From assembly GCA_044892505.1 (NCBI GenBank), contig CM097882.1, forward strand, positions 312,542,001 through 312,606,000: 64,000 nt of DNA, read 5' to 3'. How positions within the stretch are numbered: position 1 is the first letter of the stretch; each line of letters begins with the position of its first letter. Under the pieces are notes generated by a model. That model saw only the letters and a program-made list of their open reading frames with translations, was not told the DNA's origin and made no database searches. Positions 1 to 7,900 of the stretch are shown here, one piece after another. The translations under genes and the position numbers were made by a program. This stretch comes from Schmidtea nova (taxonomy: Eukaryota).

Positions 1-330
1 TGCTTTTTAAACTCTGTAAATAAAAATTAAAGTAAATATTTTGTAAAGTAATTTTTGTATTAAATATCCAATCTTTTTAATCTGATAAATTGTCTTTGAG
101 AGTTATTAAATTGGGAGACCAAGTATTCTGCAACGTATGTCACTTATTCTAGACTTATCAACTTCAAAAGAATACAGTCGCAAAGCTGGATGACGAAATC
201 CAAAGAACCAGAAACTTCCATTCAGATTGAACAATTATATTTTGACTGTGATTGTTTAGGGACTAATCCATGTTGATTAGATAATCTGTAAAAAAAATAT
301 GTCAAACTTGTTATATTTAATAAATGTTTA
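1..330 (+). mobile_element. E0: 3' UTR end of the RLE non-LTR retrotransposon (cut by window start)
   Basis: Matches the 3' UTR of E2/E7 and ends ...AATAAATGTTTA joined to tRNA nt 19 like all other copies. Confidence 0.93.
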
Positions 331-385
331 TTATCACGTCTGCCTAACACGCAGAAGGTCCCCGGTTCGATCCCGGGTCGAACCA
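331..385 (+). pseudogene. 5'-truncated tRNA-Val(AAC), nt 19-73
   Basis: TTATCACG...GAACCA abuts element 3' end; first 18 nt (5' acceptor strand and box A) absent. Confidence 0.93.
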
Positions 386-565
386 AATTTTTCTCAATTC
401 ATTATTTGACTTTTATTATATTTGCAACTCTTTTTTTAATTCATAACGCAATTTTGTTGTTGAATTCTCTACTTTGTACATAAATTTTATTCAAGTGAAT
501 TCAGTACCTTTTGTCAAGGTAATTCGAAAATCAAACATGCACAACAATTGTTAGTTGAAACTGTC

Positions 566-638
566 GGTTCGATGGTGTAGCGGTTATCACGTCTGCCTAA
601 CACGCAGAAGGTCCCCGGTTCGATCCCGGGTCGAACCA
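566..638 (+). tRNA. trnV(AAC): tRNA-Val(AAC), intronless, eukaryotic type
   Basis: Cloverleaf: acceptor GGTTCGA/TCGAACC, anticodon arm TCTGC-CT AAC AC-GCAGA, T arm CCCGG-TTCGATC-CCGGG, discriminator A73, no encoded CCA. Confidence 0.97.
573..627 (+). promoter_or_regulatory. Pol III type-2 internal promoter: box A (573-583) and box B (617-627); same in every intact copy
   Basis: TGGTGTAGCGG fits box A; GGTTCGATCCC fits box B consensus. Confidence 0.85.
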
Positions 639-640
639 AA

Positions 641-645
641 TTTTT
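641..645 (+). terminator. Pol III oligo-dT terminator (T5), present after every tRNA copy; a T7 run follows in the spacer
   Basis: ...GAACCA-AA-TTTTT-CTC, 3 nt after the discriminator. Confidence 0.8.
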
Positions 646-818
646 CTCAATTCATTATTTGACTTTTATTATATTTGCAACTCTTTTTTTAATTCATAAC
701 GCAATTTTGTTGTTGAATTCTCTACTTTGTACATAAATTTTATTCAAGTGAATTCAGTACATTTTGTCAAGGTAATTCGAAAATCAAACATGCACAACAA
801 TTGTTAGTTGAAACTGTC

Positions 819-891
819 GGTTCGATGGTGTAGCGGTTATCACGTCTGCCTAACACGCAGAAGGTCCCCGGTTCGATCCCGGGTCGAACCA
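819..891 (+). tRNA. trnV(AAC): tRNA-Val(AAC)
   Basis: Identical to 566-638. Confidence 0.97.
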
Positions 892-1071
892 AATTTTTCT
901 CAATTCATTATTTGACTTTTATTATATTTGCAACTCTTTTTTTAATTCATAACGCAATTTTGTTGTTGAATTCTCTACTTTGTACATAAATTTTATTCAA
1001 GTGAATTCAGTACATTTTGTCAAGGTAATTCGAAAATCAAACATGCACAACAATTGTTAGTTGAAACTGTC

Positions 1072-1144
1072 GGTTCGATGGTGTAGCGGTTATCACGTCT
1101 GCCTAACACGCAGAAGGTCCCCGGTTCGATCCCGGGTCGAACCA
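1072..1144 (+). tRNA. trnV(AAC): tRNA-Val(AAC)
   Basis: Identical to 566-638. Confidence 0.97.
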
Positions 1145-1324
1145 AATTTTTCTCAATTCATTATTTGACTTTTATTATATTTGCAACTCTTTTTTTAATT
1201 CATAACGCAATTTTGTTGTTGAATTCTCTACTTTGTACATAAATTTTATTCAAGTGAATTCAGTACATTTTGTCAAGGTAATTCGAAAATCAAACATGCA
1301 CAACAATTGTTAGTTGAAACTGTC

Positions 1325-1397
1325 GGTTCGATGGTGTAGCGGTTATCACGTCTGCCTAACACGCAGAAGGTCCCCGGTTCGATCCCGGGTCGAACCA
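1325..1397 (+). tRNA. trnV(AAC): tRNA-Val(AAC)
   Basis: Identical to 566-638. Confidence 0.97.
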
Positions 1398-1577
1398 AAT
1401 TTTTCTCAATTCATTATTTGACTTTTATTATATTTGCAACTCTTTTTTTAATTCATAACGCAATTTTGTTGTTGAATTCTCTACTTTGTACATAAATTTT
1501 ATTCAAGTGAATTCAGTACATTTTGTCAAGGTAATTCGAAAATCAAACATGCACAACAATTGTTAGTTGAAACTGTC

Positions 1578-1650
1578 GGTTCGATGGTGTAGCGGTTATC
1601 ACGTCTGCCTAACACGCAGAAGGTCCCCGGTTCGATCCCGGGTCGAACCA
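1578..1650 (+). tRNA. trnV(AAC): tRNA-Val(AAC)
   Basis: Identical to 566-638. Confidence 0.97.
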
Positions 1651-1830
1651 AATTTTTCTCAATTCATTATTTGACTTTTATTATATTTGCAACTCTTTTT
1701 TTAATTCATAACGCAATTTTGTTGTTGAATTCTCTACTTTGTACATAAATTTTATTCAAGTGAATTCAGTACATTTTGTCAAGGTAATTCGAAAATCAAA
1801 CATGCACAACAATTGTTAGTTGAAACTGTC

Positions 1831-1903
1831 GGTTCGATGGTGTAGCGGTTATCACGTCTGCCTAACACGCAGAAGGTCCCCGGTTCGATCCCGGGTCGAA
1901 CCA
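1831..1903 (+). tRNA. trnV(AAC): tRNA-Val(AAC)
   Basis: Identical to 566-638. Confidence 0.97.
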
Positions 1904-2083
1904 AATTTTTCTCAATTCATTATTTGACTTTTATTATATTTGCAACTCTTTTTTTAATTCATAACGCAATTTTGTTGTTGAATTCTCTACTTTGTACATA
2001 AATTTTATTCAAGTGAATTCAGTACATTTTGTCAAGGTAATTCGAAAATCAAACATGCACAACAATTGTTAGTTGAAACTGTC

Positions 2084-2156
2084 GGTTCGATGGTGTAGCG
2101 GTTATCACGTCTGCCTAACACGCAGAAGGTCCCCGGTTCGATCCCGGGTCGAACCA
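2084..2156 (+). tRNA. trnV(AAC): tRNA-Val(AAC)
   Basis: Identical to 566-638. Confidence 0.97.
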
Positions 2157-2285
2157 AATTTTTCTCAATTCATTATTTGACTTTTATTATATTTGCAACT
2201 CTTTTTTTAATTCATAACGCAATTTTGTTGTTGAATTCTCTACTTTGTACATAAATTTTATTCAAGTGAATTCTTTCAAGGTTCG

Positions 2286-4920
2286 ATGACTCAATCACCT
2301 GCTGCTCAGTCAACTGCTGCTGATGTGATGACTCAGTCTATTGGAAATCAGTCAACTGTGACGAAGAAATATGAATTAGAAAACATTCTCAAGTATCAAA
2401 TTTCCAGTTTGCAATGTTTTCAATCGATTTTGGATTATTTTTCGCAACTAAATGGTGGAAATCTCGCTACTGCCTCAGTTCTTTCTGATGCGAATGCAAG
2501 TCAACGGAGTTCTTTCGATCAAGGATCTAAAATTTCTCAAAACCAATCTGATAATATGCCACTTTCTTATGCTGATATTGAGACTAAATTCACTAAATCA
2601 AAGGATTTACTGATTGTCAAGCGCCTGGATTCATTGGAGTCTCAATTTATGAATATGGCTGAAAAGTTAGATTATTTGGTTTCTTTTTTTTAATGGCTCT
2701 GTTGATGATTTATCAGATTTTCCTAAAGTAAATGAAAATAATTTAAATAATAATCCTTTCAATAAAAATAAAGTTTTTGATATCAAAGATAAATTAATTG
2801 TAAATAATGTAGTTTTAGATAAATCAAATATTTCAGAATTTATTGAAAATAATATTGCTAAAATTCCTAATAGTTTAATTGATGTAAATAATAAAATGTG
2901 TAATTCAAATAATAAATTTCTAAATAACCCTAATAAAGAGAATGTTAAACATTTTAATAATCCCAAAGAAACATCTTCAATTGATTTGACTAACGATAAA
3001 ATTATGCCAAATGAAAACATAGAAATAATTATTAAAAATAATAAAAAATCTGTTAAAATTATAGAACCTAATAAAACAACTAAACAGAAGTATGATAAAT
3101 TTGAATTTAAAAATCTGGTTCGTATTTTAACGAAAAGGGAACGCCAGAAAATCTTGAATGCCTTCCCTGCTTTAATACAACTAATTAAAAAGAAAGAATC
3201 ACAGAGTAAATATTTTGAAATTAATAAATTTCTTTCGAGCAAAGATTTTAATGTGAATCACTTGAATTTAAATAATTTTGATTATTTTTTCTATAGAAAT
3301 TGTAATCTTTGTGTATCTTTAAAATTGAACAACGCTCCTGTCATTTTATCAGCACCAAAACCTGTTGTTTTAAAAACTATTAAATTAATTGACCATAATA
3401 TCGTCAAAATAAATTCTGAAATCCCTGACTTTGTTCGAGCTCCAATGTCAATTCGAAGATTTTTATTCAATCTTTCGCACGATCTTTCAAACACTGTTTC
3501 CATCAAGGATGAGAAACACAGGGGAAATAAAATAAATAACATTCTTACTTCAATGAAACATAAACAACAATTACCAGATTATTTAATAAAATCAAACATT
3601 AAATACGAAAATGGTGAGTTCTTATTATTAGATTTGACTAACGATAAAATCAAATTGAACGACGATAATAACTTGATAAAATCAAATTTTTCTGAACTTA
3701 CTAGAAGTCAGATTAAAAATCTTTACTATTCTTATCCTTCTCTTAAGGAAGTTTGTTTCGTTGAAAATCTTGAAACAAGATCATCATCCGTTAGTAAAAT
3801 TATCGAATCTTTAAAGTTAATTAATGAATTTCCAAAAAATATCATTTTTAAAGAGGGTAAATTTTATCAGTCTGATAAAAGAACAATCTCACCTAGTAGT
3901 TCTCCTGACATAATGTTCAACCTTGGTCTTTTTAATTTGGCTAGTATGAGTAGAAAAGATTGTGAATTAAAATCCATTTTAGAGAAGACTGGTTGTGACT
4001 TTAAAATAGTTGAAATAATATTCTACCTCAACTATTTAGGCTTGACTCAATCTTTAGAATTTTGCAAAAATCAAACTTATTCTGATTATGTGAGGAATTA
4101 CGTCTGTAATTGCTGCTTGATAAACTCACTCTGTAGTATTGCTGATGTTGATTCGCTTTCATCTGAAGATTTTGAGGGTTGGGCGACCGAAATTGTTCAG
4201 AAAATCCCAGTTTCTTCCTATTACTTCAATAGCTGCCAGGAAAAGCTTTTAAAGCTGAAGCAATGGGACATTTCAACTAAAATCAAAAGAATCCATAACG
4301 TTATTTCACCTGAAATAATATCTTATTTAAATAACTTTCTTGACTCTGTAGACGTAAAATTTCCATCTAAGTCTCAACAACATAATATTCTAATTAAATT
4401 AATGAAAGCTATCAATGACATTAAAATTTTTGATGACATACACGGAAATAAAGCAAAAAGACTTGTTTACTTTTTGCTAAGAGATGCCAAGAAATATTTG
4501 AATAAAAATCAACGATTCAGATTATTTGAATCGAGCAATAAATATTGCACTTCAGAGATGGAGAATATAATTTCAGTAATAATTGAGAACCTTACCAAAG
4601 TTACTGACCATGAAGTTACTACTCCTGAAATCACAGTTGAAGAAACGCCAATTGAAATAACTTGTGATCCTGAACCTATCGTCTTGATTAAGGAAATAAA
4701 CTGTTTAAAATGTAACAATATCATCGAAAAATGCATTCTTGTTAGAGATGGAACAAACGTCAACATCTGTGAAAGCTGTCTATTTGACGCAATTACCTTT
4801 GAAAAGCCGATTCCTGAAGCTACTAATTCGGATATCGAAGAAAATATAGAAACAAATTGTAAGAAATCTTGTCCAAGACCTAGAAAAACAGACAAGAAAA
4901 CATCAACCAAAGCAAAATGA
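2286..4920 (+). pseudogene. E1 ORF1, +1 frameshift at T8 (2684-2691); fragments 2286-2693 (135 aa) and 2896-4920 (674 aa)
   Basis: Colinear with the intact 877-aa ORF1 of E3/E5/E6/E7 except for one extra T. Confidence 0.88.
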
Positions 4921-4926
4921 AGATGT

Positions 4927-7900
4927 GTGCCTGCATCAGCTCAATCGTCTGCCATTCCCTCTAATGAGACTGATGCAGAGAGCACAACTAAAAATAATAT
5001 TTCAACTATCGACAATCGTGATCCTGAAGTGTGGTTTTCTGATAATGATATTGATTGGTATCTTGAAAACCACATTGATAATCCAATGCATGGATATATT
5101 AAATGCTTTATAGTAAATATCATCTGTTCTAACATCACAGAAGATATTGTTGAAATTCCACCATCTATTAGCAATGCTGAAATTGTATTTTGTCCACTCA
5201 ACATTAACAATTCGCACTGGATTCTTTTTGTTTATAGTAAGAAAATGTTATCTTCTTACTTTATTGACCCAATCCTTGCAAACAGACAAAAGCCAATCAA
5301 TAAACAAATGGCTCAGAGAATTAACCTAAAACTGAATAGATTTTTTAATCTAAATATATCTGTGTCCCGACATCCACACAAACATCTTGAATATCAAAAT
5401 AACAGCTTTGATTGTGGCCCATTTACGTGTGCTTATGCTGTGATTATCAGTAAAGATTTGAACAGCTTTCCAAATGGGTTCATAGAGAAAATTCGTACCA
5501 GTGTGCATGAAAATCAAAATCGTATGCAAATAACCGAATCCACCTTATTCGCTGGTACTAACTCCAAGATGGACATGACCAAAATAAATATCAAGAAAGC
5601 CCTTGCAAAAAAGAAAGTCATCACCAACACCTCAGATATGACCAAAGTATTGAACACTCAAAAACCGTGTGTGTCATCAATAATTAGTAAATATTACGAA
5701 AGTAATTCTAAAATAACAGTCTTATCTGCCGAACTAACTTTAAACCTAATTGCACAAAATACCTCCTTCATAGCTGATAATGTCACTTTCAAGCAGTTCA
5801 AAGGAATCGATCATGTTATAAGTATCATTCCTAAATTTAACGATTGGTGTCTCTTTGTCTATTCGAATAAACTTGACAGGAGCTACATGTTCGACTTCAA
5901 TTATCGAAACATTGATGAAAGGCTAATTGAAATTGGTGAAAAGATAACTGAATATCTGAATCAATTCACTCTTGTTTCTAAAATAAAATTCACACCTCAT
6001 CATAGAATTTCTCATCCAACATTTCATTCTTACGATGATCAATATTTTGCAAGTTCTTTTATTGTATTTTTTGAGAAACTTGTCTTTGAAAGAATACTGG
6101 ACAATGATAAGGTTTATGACTCATTAAGTGCTCTAAAATATCAGTCTTGTAAAGATCTTTCTCCTAGCCTAAGTTTCATTAATGGTAAAATATCCGACAA
6201 AATTATTGAGGAATATTTTGCTAGCCTAAACTTATCGACCAAATATATTCTTCTAAACACAACAATGTGTACTGCGCTTTCAGATGATTGCACTGAATAC
6301 TTGAAAGACTTTGTAAACATTGAGTGCATGATGAAGGCTACTATAATCTTTGTAATCATTTCTCCTCCAAGAGCCAACGACTTGCTCATGGTTATTGATT
6401 ACGACGCTGATGAGCACTATTTATTAAGCCCAGTCACTAATGACTTGTTCGTTATGACTGAAGGATTCTGCTATAAATTACTAATTAAAATTAATGAGAT
6501 TAGAGAGAGCACAGGACGTTCCTTGAAATCGCGTAATTGTCGACATGACGTTAAAGGTTCTGGCTTATTTAGTAGGTTATTAATCTGTGCCTTTATTAAA
6601 TATTATGCATTTGACCGATCTCTAGAAAATATCAATCTTCATGAAATTGGCAAAATTATCTACTCACTTGTGCCATTAGTTGATAAAAATGATAATGCTG
6701 AGGAAGAAAGACGACTAAAATCAAAAGCTGTAAACTCTTTAAAACTAAATTTAAAACAGCGAATAGAAAAAGCCAATAATCTTATAATTTCACTTGAACA
6801 CGCCAGTATTGATGAAATCATAAGTGGCATTCTTTCAAATATTCCTCGTCTTAAAGATTTGAACACCGATCACATTCGTACACCATATTTAGGTACTAAA
6901 ATAGAAAAAGCTAGAAAATTCAAAAATTCCACTGAATTTCTGTCAAACATGAAAAAGACTGTGTATAGGATTTTGGGTAATAACACAGAATCAATTGCAC
7001 CTCCTTTTCAGGAAATTATTGACACTTTCAGTCATCCTGATACATTACCTAGAAATTGGGAAAACATCTTAAAATTCACTAAGAGTTCTAAATTTAGTCT
7101 TGAATTAAATCCAATGACACCTAAAGAAATCCTTTCAAGTCTTTGCAAAGCTGACAACACTTCTCCAGGTCTTGATAATGTTTGTTATAAAGATCTTTTG
7201 TTATTAGACCCTGAATGTAAATTGCTAGCTTTTCTGTACAATAAAATCCTAAAATTAGACATTATTCCTACAAGTTGGAAATCATTTAAAACCATACTAA
7301 TCCCCAAACCAGATAAAAATGGCCAATATCATAAAATATATTCTTGGCGACCAATTGCCTTATTATCTGTCATTTACAAAGTCTTCGCTTCAGTTTTGGC
7401 AAATCGTCTAAGCTTATGGATAAGAAATAATTCCATGTTACACATTGGCCAAAAGGGTGGTTCGGAGTACGAAGGATGTATTGAACACAACTCTATTCTT
7501 TCTGCTATCGTCGAACATTCAAAATACAGCAAGTCTTCACCTTTAACGATAGCTTGGCTAGACATCAAAGATGCCTTCGGAAGTGTTCCACATGACTACA
7601 TGTGGACACTGTTAAAACACATAAATGTTAGTGATAGGTTTGTAGGAATTTTAAAACTGCTCTATACTGATACAAGCTCGTTTTATTGTTGCAATAAAAT
7701 GCAGACACCGGATATTCCAATAAAGAAAGGAGTTAAACAAGGTTGTCCGATCTCAATGATATTGTTTGCAATAGCTATTAACCCAGTACTTGAGTCTATT
7801 AATCTATCAAACGTTAATACTTTTACGATTGGAACATCTCCGGTACAGGTGTTGGCTTATGCGGATGATATCGCACTTATCGCGACAAATACCTCTGATC

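Larger units (their letters stand above)
331..2273 (+). repeat. tRNA-Val(AAC) tandem array A, 253-bp unit (1 remnant + 7 intact genes)
   Basis: tRNA starts at 566, 819, 1072, 1325, 1578, 1831, 2084 (period 253). Confidence 0.97.

Noticed and set aside
331-2273. CRISPR array or SINE cluster
   Set aside because: The whole 253-bp unit repeats with no unique spacers, and the conserved core is a canonical complete tRNA with a Pol III terminator and no SINE body or tail.
2157-2400. R2-like 5' HDV ribozyme
   Set aside because: No P1/P1.1/P2/P3 pairing pattern is visible by eye; a descriptor search (RNArobo/Infernal) would be needed to exclude it formally.
2896-4920. 674-aa ORF as a separate gene
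   Set aside because: It is the 3' part of the 877-aa ORF1, split by one extra T; the intact form exists in E3, E5, E6 and E7.
4918-4920. UGA as selenocysteine or a genome-wide sense codon
   Set aside because: It is the only in-frame TGA in 2416 codons and Trp/Cys use standard codons; the ATGA at 9752 in the 3' UTR does not form a SECIS helix II.
4905-4925. -1 ribosomal frameshift signal before the hairpin
   Set aside because: There is no X XXY YYZ heptamer, and the two ORFs are already in frame.
4927-4929. Met start of the 1536-aa ORF2 given in the ORF track
   Set aside because: The codon is GTG; in a eukaryote this is not a default start, so ORF2 initiation is unresolved.
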